NCBI GenBank assembly: GCA_036759505.1
Contig: DAIOUM010000002.1
Span: 14,559 to 78,558 of the forward strand
Reading direction: 5' to 3'
Length of the DNA stretch: 64,000 nt
DNA from: Alishewanella sp.
GTDB taxonomy: Bacteria > Pseudomonadota > Gammaproteobacteria > Enterobacterales > Alteromonadaceae
Below the pieces are notes generated by a model. The model did not search any database. It was not told where the DNA came from and saw only the letters and a program-made list of their open reading frames with translations. The position numbers and the translations under genes were made by a program. The number at the start of each line of letters is the position of its first letter. The stretch's first letter is position 1. Shown here piece by piece: positions 21,232 through 31,439 of the stretch.

Positions 21232-22098
21232 TTAAACCTGCTGTCGTAATGGCCGCTGTGCCGGTTCAGTTGCCAGCTGATAGAAGTTTTCAATCACCTG
21301 GCCGCGTCTGGTCATAAGTGCCTGCCATTCCAACCGTTCACGCTGTGGTAAAACAATATCGGCTGCATCAGCCTGGGTAAGCTGTGACTCAGCTGCTGTA
21401 GAACCTTCCTCAGTCGTGCTGCTATCACTGGCTGCGGCATTAGCGAGCGGCGCCTTCTCGGCGATAAGCTCGGCCTGAGCTTGCAACAGGCGTTGGCCAG
21501 CCTCCGCTGCGATACTACGATCAGCCGCTGAGGGTTCGGCTGGTGCCAATGCCGCCGCCTTGACCTGCTGCATTTTCTGAACCGTCGCTGCCGGATCGCC
21601 AGGTACCGGTGCCAGATCAATTTGCACCTCGCCACCTACGGCATAGCGTTTACCGTCAGGGCCTTGTTGATATTGATAACTGGGCGCGCTGGCGTAACGG
21701 CCGCCGACAATAGCATGAGCCTGCTCATGCGCCCGGACTTCCTGATCACGCACCTGCAGTTCGCGAATCTCCCGCTGCTCGGCCTGTTGCTGTTGTTGTT
21801 CCGACTGTTGCCCGGCCTCTTGCTTCTCATCCTGCTCGCCGCGCTCACCTTGCTCACCCGCTACCGCTTGCTGCGTCTCGGTTTCCTTACCATTGGCGTC
21901 ATACAAGGCAACGTTGGCGCTGGTATTAGCTGCGCCACGTTGCCGATCATCTGCTGCCAGTGGTCGCTCAGCCGCACCTTTTTCCAACTCCTTTACCGGC
22001 TCAATCGGCTCGCGCCGTTGCATATCACGCCGCGCCTGCTCCGTGGCCGGATTCGCGGTGTTAATGCTGACATTGGGGTAATAGGAGGTGATTTGCAT
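21232..22098 (-). CDS. SprA-related family protein (putative HEXXH metalloprotease)
   Basis: RDQEVRAHEQAH, GPDGKRYAVGGEV, AALAPAEPSAAD motifs; low-complexity flanks; SD absent or weak. Confidence 0.8.
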   Translation of the reverse strand: MQITSYYPNVSINTANPATEQARRDMQRREPIEPVKELEKGAAERPLAADDRQRGAANTSANVALYDANGKETETQQAVAGEQGERGEQDEKQEAGQQSEQQQQQAEQREIRELQVRDQEVRAHEQAHAIVGGRYASAPSYQYQQGPDGKRYAVGGEVQIDLAPVPGDPAATVQKMQQVKAAALAPAEPSAADRSIAAEAGQRLLQAQAELIAEKAPLANAAASDSSTTEEGSTAAESQLTQADAADIVLPQRERLEWQALMTRRGQVIENFYQLATEPAQRPLRQQV

Positions 22099-22103
22099 GA
22101 CAA

Positions 22104-22421
22104 TCAGACCCGGATATCAATAATATTACCGAGCATTTCATCGGCTGTGCGCAAACTCCGGACATTGGCCTGAGCCAGCAATTCCTGTTGCTCCAGGCGC
22201 ACCAGTGATTGAGTGGTGTCTGAGCCAGCAGCACGATTTGGCTCAGTAGTATCAGCCGGCGCTGGCGTAGCCGTCTGCTGGGCAGCAGCAGCCGAAACCT
22301 GCTGTTCCTGCTGCCGGTTTTGAGTTGTTTGCCGGTTGATATTCAGCGTTTCTTCGCTAATCGCATTGGACGCACGCTGCAAACCTTGCATGCCGGCACT
22401 AAAGGCAGACTGAATTTGCAT
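22104..22421 (-). CDS. Hypothetical protein resembling flagellar rod/hook terminal helices
   Basis: ATG 22421 with SD AGAGGG; C-terminus QANVRSLRTADEMLGNIIDIRV. Confidence 0.8.
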   Translation of the reverse strand: MQIQSAFSAGMQGLQRASNAISEETLNINRQTTQNRQQEQQVSAAAAQQTATPAPADTTEPNRAAGSDTTQSLVRLEQQELLAQANVRSLRTADEMLGNIIDIRV

Positions 22422-22535
22422 AACCAAGCCCTCTTTATTCGCTTGCTGTTAGACTGCTTAATTATCGAACAGTTTCGACAAAAAAGAAAGCAAGGGCTAT
22501 CAAGAGCCCTAACCACTTCTGCCCGCTAAATATTT

Positions 22536-23291
22536 TTATTGCAGTGCGCTACGCAGCCACTGGCAGAATTCATCCGGGTGAGAAATAAAGGGCGCATGCG
22601 AGGCTTTGGCCAGTACCGTTAGTTTTGCAGCTGGCTGCAATTGCTGTAACAAAGGCAGCACTGCCACTGGTACCAGCGAATCAAGCCGGCCATAACAGCC
22701 CACCACCGGTTGAGTTAGCGCGGCAAACTGTTGTCTCAGGTCAGTGTCTGCCAGCAGGGTTAACGCCTGCACTACGGCCTGGGGTTGTGCCTCCGGAAAG
22801 CGGGCAATACTGTCGCGTAACTTAAGAATATCCTGCTTGGCATGCTCTGAGCCCAGCGCCTGGATCGCCAGAAAACGCTGAATCGTTTGCGGCAAATTCT
22901 GGCTCAGGGCACTGGCAAACTGCTGCATCACTTCGGCGCGCATCCCGGGCCAGTCATCTGTCGCCAAAAATTTCGGCGTCGCGGCCACCAGCGCCAGTTG
23001 CTTAACCTTGTCCGGATAGGCCGCGGCCAACGCAATGGCCAACAAACCGCCCAGGGACCAACCACAAAGATAACTTTGCTCTGGCAGCTGCGCAGCAAGC
23101 TGGGACAGCACCTCATCCAGACGGTAAGCAGGCGGAAACTGTCGGCTTAGGCCAAAACCCGGCAGATCCAAAGCCAAGACCTGAAAATCGCCAGCCAGTT
23201 GTTGCTGGACTTCGGACCAGACGCCCTGATTTAAGCCCCAGCCATGTAACAGTACCAGTGTTGGTTTGGCGGTTGTGCTGTATTCTGCCAT
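22536..23291 (-). CDS. bioH: Pimeloyl-ACP methyl ester esterase BioH
   Basis: LHGWG, GWSLGG nucleophile elbow, SHAPFISH; divergent from comF. Confidence 0.95.
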   Translation of the reverse strand: MAEYSTTAKPTLVLLHGWGLNQGVWSEVQQQLAGDFQVLALDLPGFGLSRQFPPAYRLDEVLSQLAAQLPEQSYLCGWSLGGLLAIALAAAYPDKVKQLALVAATPKFLATDDWPGMRAEVMQQFASALSQNLPQTIQRFLAIQALGSEHAKQDILKLRDSIARFPEAQPQAVVQALTLLADTDLRQQFAALTQPVVGCYGRLDSLVPVAVLPLLQQLQPAAKLTVLAKASHAPFISHPDEFCQWLRSALQ

Positions 23292-23321
23292 ACTCTGCTC
23301 ATGTTAATGAAGGGTAATAAA

Positions 23322-24038
23322 ATGGATCTGCTCAACCTGTTGCGTGCCGGCTGGCAACGGCTGTTGCCCTCACCCTGCTTATGGTGCAGCCTGCCGGTAA
23401 TCCATCATCATTTTATGCTGTGTCAGGCTTGCCGCAGCGCGCTGCCGCAGTTTCCGTATCAGCTGTGTCATTTTAACCTGCTGTTCTTACCTGCTGTGCA
23501 ACAAGGGCTGCCGCAGTGCCAGTTTGACCGCCTGCTCAGTCTAAGCTGGTATCAACAGCCCTATCAACACTGGATCAGCCGCTGGAAGTATCAACAGGAT
23601 CCGTATGCCGGCGCTTTACTGCAGCAGGAATTTTGCGCGTTGTTGCAGCGATATCAACAAAGCCAGCCGTTACCACAGGCACTGGTTTATGTACCGATGG
23701 CGCCAGCTCGCGAGCGGCAACGAGGCTTTAACCAGGCCAGAGTTCTTGCTGAAAGTGCCGCCAAAAGCCTGGGCATCCCGCTGCTACACTGCCTGCAGCG
23801 CTGTCGCACCACGGCGCCGCAGCAGGGCCTGAACCGCCAGCAACGTTTAGCTAACCTGCGGCAGGCATTTCGCTTAGTTGAGACGCAACTACCACCAAAA
23901 CTGGCACTGATCGATGATGTCGTCACCACCGGCAGCACCGCCAATCAGCTAGCGCAGCTGCTGCGAGCCGCCGGGGTGACAGAGCTTAGCCTGTGGACGC
24001 TGGCGGTAACGCCAGCCTCTGCTCACTCTTCGATCTGA
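23322..24038 (+). CDS. comF: ComF/GntX family amidophosphoribosyltransferase-like protein
   Basis: CxxC...CxxC, RGFNQA, LIDDVVTTGST; start uncertain (23301, 23307 or 23322). Confidence 0.9.
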   Translation: MDLLNLLRAGWQRLLPSPCLWCSLPVIHHHFMLCQACRSALPQFPYQLCHFNLLFLPAVQQGLPQCQFDRLLSLSWYQQPYQHWISRWKYQQDPYAGALLQQEFCALLQRYQQSQPLPQALVYVPMAPARERQRGFNQARVLAESAAKSLGIPLLHCLQRCRTTAPQQGLNRQQRLANLRQAFRLVETQLPPKLALIDDVVTTGSTANQLAQLLRAAGVTELSLWTLAVTPASAHSSI

Positions 24039-26569
24039 ACGCTGGCGTTAAAGCCATGGCTTAAATACAGCGCATTAATCAGCAAACGGCTAGAGCCTTT
24101 AAAGTAACCGCGAAATACTGGGTTATCGCTCATACCAATCACCCGGCCCTGCCCGAGGTTATGCGCCACCAAAGCTGCACCCTGTGCAATGCGGGGGATA
24201 AACTCGGCAGCAGCATAGCCAGCCAGATGCGGCTGAGCGCTATAGGTTGCGACATTGACAAAGGGCGCCTGACTGGGCTGTAACAGCAGGGTGCTGTTTT
24301 TAAACAACGGTAATTCGCGCCGCGGTATGCCAAAGGTCAGCGGGTGGCTCAAGTCCAGCTCAGCACTGAAAATGGCACCGGCGATCCGCTGTTGACCGCC
24401 CAGTTTTTCGCGATCGGCATAACGTAAATCATGTTGCGGGATCAGTTGGTTCATGTCCTGTACTGTCCAGACTCCGGCTTGCAACAGCTTGGCATCCACC
24501 AACCAGGCGGCACCGCGCTTCTGCCCCCACAACACACCACCTTGCTGTACCCACTGCCGTAACTTGGTTATTTCACTCTCTTTCCAGCTGCGGTAATCCC
24601 CATCCGGTAATAAAATATGGGTATAGCGGCTCAGGTTAAGCCGGGACAAACGCTCCGGCTCTGCCATGCTGGGAGAGATGCCGGCTAACCGCTCCAGGTT
24701 GTACCAGAGTTCGCCGGCCTCAGTCGAGTTAACGCCAGGACCTGCCAACACCAATACCTGAGGTAAGCGCACCGGTGTAAAATTATGGCTACCCAGATCA
24801 CTGCCGCGGCTGGTTAAGCCGGTGGTCAGGGTATGAACAGGTAAATTAAAGCGCTCCTGCAGTCGCTGCAAACGGAAAAACCAGTCAGCATGCTGCTGTA
24901 AACCGGCAGCGACGACCATAGCGCCAGCGCGGAAACTACGCGAACCCTGCGGTGTACTGCCGGTAAAATCACCCAGTGCCGCTCTGACAATCAGCCCTTC
25001 CTCCAACATCGCCTGCAGCATCACCGGTGATAATTGATCCTGCCAACCCAGCACATAGGCATAACCACCGGCCTGCATCGTCTGACTGCGGGCTCTGGGC
25101 TGTGCCTGCCACGGCTGCTCTGCTGCCGCGCGACCGGGTTCACGGTTCACCGCCACAAAATCGATGTTATAGGCATAGGGTAAGGTCCAAGCCGAAACAT
25201 CATAGAAGGTGTTGTCATTAAAGCTTTTTTCCGTGCTAAAGGCCGCTTTTAACAGCCGGTATTGTGTTTGCTGCAGTGGTACATAGTAGCTCTGGCCGGC
25301 ACGGAAAGTGCTTTGTTCATACTGCCAGTCAGCCGTTAGCGGATAGGCCGCAATCTGATGCTGACTCAGCAGTTGTAACAGTGCCTCCAACCGGCTGCGA
25401 TCCTGACTCTCGGTCAGAATATAGCCCTTGATACGGTCAGCGCGGGCCTGTTGCGCCGCAGATTGAAAAAATTCTTGCTGATAACTGAGTAACGCCTGCC
25501 GGTTAGCGACACTACCACGGATAGTAGACAGCGACGCATCAAACTGGTTTTTGATGGTTGCGGCGAAGGTTAGCAGGCCATTGATCGACTCCTGGGCATG
25601 GCCGCGGCTGCTGGCCTGCTCGAACAAGATACCAACACTGCCGGTAACATCGGGATAGGTGGAGCCTTTGCCGACATAGAAATCATCAAAACTTTCTTCG
25701 GTGTAATACAGCTGGCCGCGCTGATCAAAGGCCTGAGCATGAAAGCCGGCCAGGATCCGGGTCAATTCAAAATTGCGCTCCGGGGTCAGCGGATAGTTAC
25801 GGCTGGGGATCCCTGGCTGAAAGAAATAGCTGGAGTTAGTGCCCATTTCATGGAAATCGCCGACCACATTCGGTTGCCATTTATGAAACTGTGCGATCCG
25901 CGCCTGACTTTCCGGATGTTGCAGCAGCAACCAGTCGCGGTTTAAATCAAACCAGTAATGATTGGGCCGGCCATTCGGCCAGGGTTCAATATGTTCACGA
26001 TGCTGCGGATCGGCCACCGGTGTTTTGCCGCGGTGCATATTGGCCCACAACGCAAAGCGATCGTGTCCGTCCGGGTTCATACTCGGCTGGATCAGGATCA
26101 CCGCCTGACGCAGCCATTGCTGTACTTCCGGGCTATTACTGGCTGCCAGATAGTGTGCCAGCACCAGCGCGGCATTAGCGGCACTGGGTTCATTACCGTG
26201 CACGCCGTAACCGAGCCAGATAATCACCGGACTGTCATCACTTACCGCCCGGCTGCCCCGCACCTGTGCCAGATGCTGGCTGCGAATTTGCTCTAACCGC
26301 GCCAGATTTTCCGGCGCCGAAATCACCAACTGCAGTAAGGGCCTTTGCTCATGACTGCTGCCAATCACTTCCAGCTCGGCACGCGGCGACTGGGCAGCGA
26401 GTACCTCGAAGTAACGCTGGATCTGGTCATGCCTGGCATGCCATTCACCTACCGGAAATCCGAGCACCTGCTCGGGTGCCGGCACCTCAGTTGCCACCGG
26501 CTCATTAAAAAAACTTGCCTGCACCTGCCAGATACTGCAGAGCAGGATGATGCCTAACATTTTTTTCAT
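24023..26569 (-). CDS. Secreted M14-family zinc carboxypeptidase
   Basis: Signal peptide, HGNE, NPDG, DLNRD, DFHEM motifs; 848 aa. Confidence 0.9.
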   Translation of the reverse strand: MKKMLGIILLCSIWQVQASFFNEPVATEVPAPEQVLGFPVGEWHARHDQIQRYFEVLAAQSPRAELEVIGSSHEQRPLLQLVISAPENLARLEQIRSQHLAQVRGSRAVSDDSPVIIWLGYGVHGNEPSAANAALVLAHYLAASNSPEVQQWLRQAVILIQPSMNPDGHDRFALWANMHRGKTPVADPQHREHIEPWPNGRPNHYWFDLNRDWLLLQHPESQARIAQFHKWQPNVVGDFHEMGTNSSYFFQPGIPSRNYPLTPERNFELTRILAGFHAQAFDQRGQLYYTEESFDDFYVGKGSTYPDVTGSVGILFEQASSRGHAQESINGLLTFAATIKNQFDASLSTIRGSVANRQALLSYQQEFFQSAAQQARADRIKGYILTESQDRSRLEALLQLLSQHQIAAYPLTADWQYEQSTFRAGQSYYVPLQQTQYRLLKAAFSTEKSFNDNTFYDVSAWTLPYAYNIDFVAVNREPGRAAAEQPWQAQPRARSQTMQAGGYAYVLGWQDQLSPVMLQAMLEEGLIVRAALGDFTGSTPQGSRSFRAGAMVVAAGLQQHADWFFRLQRLQERFNLPVHTLTTGLTSRGSDLGSHNFTPVRLPQVLVLAGPGVNSTEAGELWYNLERLAGISPSMAEPERLSRLNLSRYTHILLPDGDYRSWKESEITKLRQWVQQGGVLWGQKRGAAWLVDAKLLQAGVWTVQDMNQLIPQHDLRYADREKLGGQQRIAGAIFSAELDLSHPLTFGIPRRELPLFKNSTLLLQPSQAPFVNVATYSAQPHLAGYAAAEFIPRIAQGAALVAHNLGQGRVIGMSDNPVFRGYFKGSSRLLINALYLSHGFNASVQIEE

Positions 26570-26665
26570 TATTGTCTCCCCAGACTCGCGGCTAAGTTAG
26601 CCAGAAACCGCCACAAAACTCAAGCAGGGCTGGCATCAGACAGGTAGGAAGAGTATGATAGCAAC

Positions 26666-26690
26666 ATAACCTAGTAATTTAGTCAGGTAC
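26666..26690 (+). promoter_or_regulatory. IscR type-1 binding site upstream of nfuA
   Basis: ATAACCTAGTAATTTAGTCAGGTAC resembles ATASYYGACTRWWWYAGTCRRSTAT; lies between a TATGAT -10 (26654-26659) and the ATG. Confidence 0.75.
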
Positions 26691-26694
26691 TACG

Positions 26695-27273
26695 ATGATT
26701 ACGATTTCAGAACAGGCTCAGGCACACTTTGCCAAATTGCTGGAGAAACAAGCGGCCGGCACCCATATCCGGGTGTTCGTGGTCAACCCGGGCACGGCCC
26801 AGGCGGAATGTGGCGTATCTTACTGCCCGGCTGATGCGGTAGAAGACACCGATATCCGCTTACCTTTTAACGGCTTTGATGCCATCGTTGATGAAGAAAG
26901 TAAGCCGTTTCTAGTGGACGCTGAAATCGATTTTGTCACCGACCAGATGGGTTCACAGCTGACCCTAAAAGCGCCGAATGCCAAAGTACGCAAGGTGAGT
27001 GACAATGCCCCATTGATGGAGCGGGTGCAGTATGTGATTGACAGTGAGATCAACCCGCAACTGGCTAACCATGGTGGCCGGGTCAGCGTGATGGAAATTA
27101 CCGAGTCAGGTGTTGCAGTACTGCAGTTTGGCGGCGGTTGTAATGGTTGCTCCCAGGTTGACCTGACCCTAAAAGAAGGGATTGAGAAAGAGCTGTTAAA
27201 TCGCTTTAGTGGTGAGCTGGCCGGTGTGAAAGATATCACTGAGCATCAACGTGGCGAGCACTCTTACTACTAA
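26695..27273 (+). CDS. nfuA: Fe-S cluster carrier NfuA
   Basis: [28 protein letters not shown]-terminus. Confidence 0.98.
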   Translation: MITISEQAQAHFAKLLEKQAAGTHIRVFVVNPGTAQAECGVSYCPADAVEDTDIRLPFNGFDAIVDEESKPFLVDAEIDFVTDQMGSQLTLKAPNAKVRKVSDNAPLMERVQYVIDSEINPQLANHGGRVSVMEITESGVAVLQFGGGCNGCSQVDLTLKEGIEKELLNRFSGELAGVKDITEHQRGEHSYY

Positions 27274-27290
27274 AAAGCCGGCGCTTTTTA
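27271..27290 (+). terminator. Possible weak terminator after nfuA
   Basis: TAAAAAGC-CGGC-GCTTTTTA inverted repeat. Confidence 0.5.
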
Positions 27291-27395
27291 TGCTATAACA
27301 CACTCTCGGACTGGTCGGCGGCCTTTGAGCGCAGCCGACAGCGGCCTTTCTGGCCGTCTTCGGGTTTTGTTTGGAGTGGTGTTTGGAGTGCTGTT

Positions 27396-28403
27396 ATGCG
27401 CGCTTTGCTGTTTTGCTGTTTATTAAGCCTGAGTTTGCCCGCCTCTGCGGCCGTGATGCTGATCTATCACCATGTTGCCGAGGATACCCCCAGAGTCAGC
27501 TCTGTCACCCCCGCTGAATTTCGCGGCCATCTGCAGTATCTGCGTGATAATAATTTTCAGGTCATCGGCCTCGACGTACTGATAGACCAGCTCAAAAGCG
27601 GCAAGCCCATTGCCGATAACGCGGTAGTGATCACCTTTGATGATAGCTATGAAAATAATTACACCACTGCGCACCCGATCCTGCAGGAATTCGGCTATCC
27701 CTACACCATCTTTATCAGCCCGGGAGATATCGATAAACGCACCGGTCCGGTCATGACCTGGCAACAAATCAAACAAATGTCAGACGATGGCGTTCTGGTC
27801 GCCAATCATGCCATGTGGCATGAGCATATGGCCAGGCCGGAAAAAGGTGAATCTGAGGCAGACTGGTTAAAACGGATGCGCCAGACCATTCTGGATGCCG
27901 AGCGGCGGATCAAGGAAGAAACCGGTCAGAGCCATCAGTGGCTGGCCTACCCCTATGGCGAATTTAGCGGCGCGCTGGAGCAACTGGTAACGGAACTGGG
28001 CTTTATTGGCATTGGTCAGCAATCCGGTGCCATCGGGCCACTGACGAAACTCACCCGCATCCCCCGTTATCCGGCGGCAGGTCAGTACGCGGATTTGAAA
28101 GATCTGGGACAAAAGTTGCGGACTTTGGCCTTTCCAATCACCGGCTATCTGTCTGCCGACCAGGTGATTAGTAGCAATCCGCCAACCTTACGCCTGCAAC
28201 TGAAGATTGAAGATTTCCGTAAACAGCAGCTGCGCTGCTTTGCCGGCTCTGAGGTCCTGGAGCCAAACTGGTTAGATGACAATACCTTTGAAGTCAGGGC
28301 CAGTAAGCCAATAAATCGCGGGCGCAGCCGCTACAATTGCACCGCGCCGTCGCTGAGTAAAAAAGGCTATTTTTACTGGTACTCGCAGCCGTGGCTAAAT
28401 TAA
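27396..28403 (+). CDS. Exported polysaccharide deacetylase (CE4/NodB-like)
   Basis: Signal peptide, YHHV, ITFDD, NHAMWH, AYPYG motifs. Confidence 0.9.
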   Translation: MRALLFCCLLSLSLPASAAVMLIYHHVAEDTPRVSSVTPAEFRGHLQYLRDNNFQVIGLDVLIDQLKSGKPIADNAVVITFDDSYENNYTTAHPILQEFGYPYTIFISPGDIDKRTGPVMTWQQIKQMSDDGVLVANHAMWHEHMARPEKGESEADWLKRMRQTILDAERRIKEETGQSHQWLAYPYGEFSGALEQLVTELGFIGIGQQSGAIGPLTKLTRIPRYPAAGQYADLKDLGQKLRTLAFPITGYLSADQVISSNPPTLRLQLKIEDFRKQQLRCFAGSEVLEPNWLDDNTFEVRASKPINRGRSRYNCTAPSLSKKGYFYWYSQPWLN

Positions 28404-29038
28404 TAGCCTAACTTTGCCAGCACCAACGGAAAATCGGCCAGTAGCTGTTCGGTATCAATGACCGGCACCTGGCCAATTGCCATTTCAGGTTTAAACATCG
28501 CCACCAGCTGCCCCTGCGGATTGATCAGCACTACTGAAGCGCTGTGATCGACCAGATAATTCCCCTCCGCATTACTGTTCAGTGCATACATCAGACCCAG
28601 CTGCCGTACAAAGGGAAACAGCTGATCATGGCCGGCAGTCAGCCCCAGCACCGCCGGTTGCTGAAAGTAGTTCACATAATTATTGAGCTGCTCCACGCTG
28701 TCGCGCTGCGGATCAACCGAAATAAACCAGACTTTCAGCGGCTCCTTCACCATAGCCGCCAAGTCCGGCTGCACCCCGGCCAGCTTGGCCAACGTTAAAG
28801 GACAGATATCCGGGCAATAGGTATAGCCGACAAAAGCCAGCGTCCATTGCTGATACAGCTGCTCACGACCGGTGGGCTGTCCATGCTGATCAACTAGCTG
28901 AAACTCCTGCAGATTGCGTGCCTGCGGATATACCAGCGCAGATTTCGGCTCAGCCGGCTGCTGCCATAGCTTATAACTGAGGCCACCGGCCACCACGGCC
29001 GCAATCGCCAGCAGTAAGTAAGTCAGGTTACGAAACAT
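28400..29038 (-). CDS. SCO family copper chaperone
   Basis: [14 protein letters not shown]. Confidence 0.95.
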   Translation of the reverse strand: MFRNLTYLLLAIAAVVAGGLSYKLWQQPAEPKSALVYPQARNLQEFQLVDQHGQPTGREQLYQQWTLAFVGYTYCPDICPLTLAKLAGVQPDLAAMVKEPLKVWFISVDPQRDSVEQLNNYVNYFQQPAVLGLTAGHDQLFPFVRQLGLMYALNSNAEGNYLVDHSASVVLINPQGQLVAMFKPEMAIGQVPVIDTEQLLADFPLVLAKLGY

Positions 29039-29939
29039 AAAGCGCTAACACCTTAAAGTAATGGTCTACTAACAATAACAGGAAGAGTACCATTAAATGT
29101 ACGATCGAGAACTTAAAAGTCGCCATTGCGGTGTCAGAGCCGGCAGCAAATTTCAACTTCCACGCGTATTGTAAAAAGCGTAGATTCAGCAAGGTACTGC
29201 CAACCAGATAGATAGCACCAGTCATCCCGACAATATAGGGCAGCAAGCACACCAGGCATAACAACAGGGTATAAAGCAGGATAGCGCTCTTGGTAAAGTC
29301 GATACCGTGTGTTACCGGCAACATCGGCATATTCACCCGGGCATAATCATCGCGGCGGTGAATGGCCAGGGCCCAGAAATGCGGCGGCGTCCAGGTAAAA
29401 ATAATCATCACCAACAGCAGCGCATAGCCATGCACCTCGCCGGTTACTGCCGTCCAGCCCAGCAAAGGTGGCATAGCGCCAGCTAAGCCACCGATCACAA
29501 TATTCTGCGGTGTTGCCCGCTTGAGAAACATGGTGTACACCACGGCATAACCAAATAAACTCAACAGCGTCAGCCAGGCGGTCAGCGGGTTCACCGCCAG
29601 ATAAAGCAGGGTAAAGCCGGCAGCCGCCAGGCTACAGGCAAAAACGATCGCCTGCTTGCTGCTGATCCGTCCGCGGGCAACCGGTCGGCTGTGAGTACGT
29701 GCCATTCTGGCATCAATACGTTGATCCACCACATGATTCAGTGCCGCTGCCGCCGCTGATAACAAACCTATACCGAGGGTCGCACTTAACAACAGCCACC
29801 AGGGCGCCAGGTGATTGCTGGCCAGCACCATTCCGACCCAGGCGGTCAACACCAACAGCGCTACCACCTTGGGTTTAGTCAACTCCAGATAGTCGCGCCA
29901 GCGCCGGCTACTTGATCCACTGATAATTGCCGTTGCCAT
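29028..29939 (-). CDS. cyoE: Heme O synthase (protoheme IX farnesyltransferase)
   Basis: [26 protein letters not shown]. Confidence 0.97.
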   Translation of the reverse strand: MATAIISGSSSRRWRDYLELTKPKVVALLVLTAWVGMVLASNHLAPWWLLLSATLGIGLLSAAAAALNHVVDQRIDARMARTHSRPVARGRISSKQAIVFACSLAAAGFTLLYLAVNPLTAWLTLLSLFGYAVVYTMFLKRATPQNIVIGGLAGAMPPLLGWTAVTGEVHGYALLLVMIIFTWTPPHFWALAIHRRDDYARVNMPMLPVTHGIDFTKSAILLYTLLLCLVCLLPYIVGMTGAIYLVGSTLLNLRFLQYAWKLKFAAGSDTAMATFKFSIVHLMVLFLLLLVDHYFKVLALYVS

Positions 29940-29940
29940 C

Positions 29941-30933
29941 TTAAGCCTCCTGCGGTTTCGGGTATGCGATCTGGTAGCAAATCACCACTGACAACATCAG
30001 TAAATTCGCTCCGACAAAATTATGCGCCACAGCATTTAGCAGTGGTAAGTGCAAGACAATATTCAGTAAGCCCAGCGTCAACTGCACGGCCAATACCGCA
30101 GCCAGGGCCAGAGCAAACCTGCGCATCAGTACTTCGCTGGCCTGACGATACAGGCGCCAGGCAAAGGTCGCGACAATAAGGGTGGTGACTACAGCACCTA
30201 AGCGATGTAATACATGAATAGTGGCACGCGCATCCTGCGACATCACGCCGTATTCGTAATCATCATGGCCCAGGTGCAAATCGAAGGCTTCCGCAAAGGC
30301 CAGCCGGCTACTCCAACCGGCTTCACAGAACGGCAGTTCGATGCAGGCCAGCGCTGCGTAATTCGCTGCGGTCCAGCCACCCAGCGCGATCTGCAAACAG
30401 ACCACCACTAAACTTAACAGCGCCAGCGGTAATAATGGCCTGAGCCCGGTATCCCGGCTACGCCAGGCCGGCTGCTGCTTTAGCCAGTATACGGCCAACA
30501 AACTAAAGAGCGTAAAACCAAACATCAGATGCGCCAGCACTACTATCGGTAACAGGCCCATCGTCACCGTCCAGGCGCCGAGCGTAGCCTGAAAGATCAC
30601 AATCAGCAGCAGGGCGGCCGGTAAACTGCGCTCCGTTTGTTGTCGCCGCCAGTGCATTACCGCCAGTGCCGCGATCAACAGGCCAAGCGTACCGGCCAGA
30701 TAGCGGTGGATCATTTCGTTCCAGGCTTTGGCATGTTCCAACGGTCGCTCGGGAAAACGTTCTGCCGCCAGTTGCATTTTTTCCGGTTTGTGCGGCACCT
30801 TTAAAAAGCCATAACAACCGGGCCAGTCCGGACAACCGAGGCCGGCATCGGTTAAGCGGGTGTAGGCACCCAGAATGATCACCAGCATGGTCCAGACTAA
30901 CGTCAGCGTGATTAATTTTTTTTGTAGGCTCAT
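29941..30933 (-). CDS. ctaA: Heme A synthase (COX15/CtaA)
   Basis: [16 protein letters not shown], multiple TM His residues. Confidence 0.95.
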   Translation of the reverse strand: MSLQKKLITLTLVWTMLVIILGAYTRLTDAGLGCPDWPGCYGFLKVPHKPEKMQLAAERFPERPLEHAKAWNEMIHRYLAGTLGLLIAALAVMHWRRQQTERSLPAALLLIVIFQATLGAWTVTMGLLPIVVLAHLMFGFTLFSLLAVYWLKQQPAWRSRDTGLRPLLPLALLSLVVVCLQIALGGWTAANYAALACIELPFCEAGWSSRLAFAEAFDLHLGHDDYEYGVMSQDARATIHVLHRLGAVVTTLIVATFAWRLYRQASEVLMRRFALALAAVLAVQLTLGLLNIVLHLPLLNAVAHNFVGANLLMLSVVICYQIAYPKPQEA

Positions 30934-31439
30934 ACGCTGGTCCTGTCGTAGTTCATTAACTTCATTAAATCGGCACGAATCGCTTTCGCCGTAGCGGCCA
31001 TCTGCTCGGCCTGGGCCGGTAGCGGATACTTCAGCAGCGCCAGACCACGTTGGTCAACCAACACAATATGTTGCTGTAAGTCGGCACTCAGGGCAGCTGG
31101 GGTCTCGGCCTGGGTAAACATCGGATAATCGCTCAGACTGGCCTGCCCCAGCAGCACCGGCTGCACCTGGTTTTGCTTGCGGCCCAGCCCAATATATAAC
31201 TGCTTAACGGTATGCAGCGCCTGCTGGCAGGGAGTAGCACATTGCTCAGCGACGACCACGATACGCCAGTGCTTGGGCACCTTACCGGCGTCAGGCAACA
31301 GGTAAACTTCCTGACTTAACCAGTCACCACGACTGGAGCTGCCGGGGTTAAACCAACCTAATTCCAGCACCAGCTTCGCCAGCAACAGTGGCAGGGCACA
31401 GCACAGGATAAACAACAGCAGAAATTTATTCTTGTTCAT
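30930..31439 (-). CDS. Cytochrome oxidase cluster-associated membrane protein (thioredoxin-like fold suspected)
   Basis: From ATG 31439 (MNKNKFLLL); N-terminal TM, CATPC, IRADLMKLM; position between SURF1 and ctaA. Confidence 0.8.
   Translation of the reverse strand: MNKNKFLLLFILCCALPLLLAKLVLELGWFNPGSSSRGDWLSQEVYLLPDAGKVPKHWRIVVVAEQCATPCQQALHTVKQLYIGLGRKQNQVQPVLLGQASLSDYPMFTQAETPAALSADLQQHIVLVDQRGLALLKYPLPAQAEQMAATAKAIRADLMKLMNYDRTSV

Noticed and set aside
22455..22500. Sigma28 promoter for the flagellar-like pair
   Set aside because: TTCGATAA resembles the -10 GCCGATAA, but there is no TAAA -35 at the right spacing.
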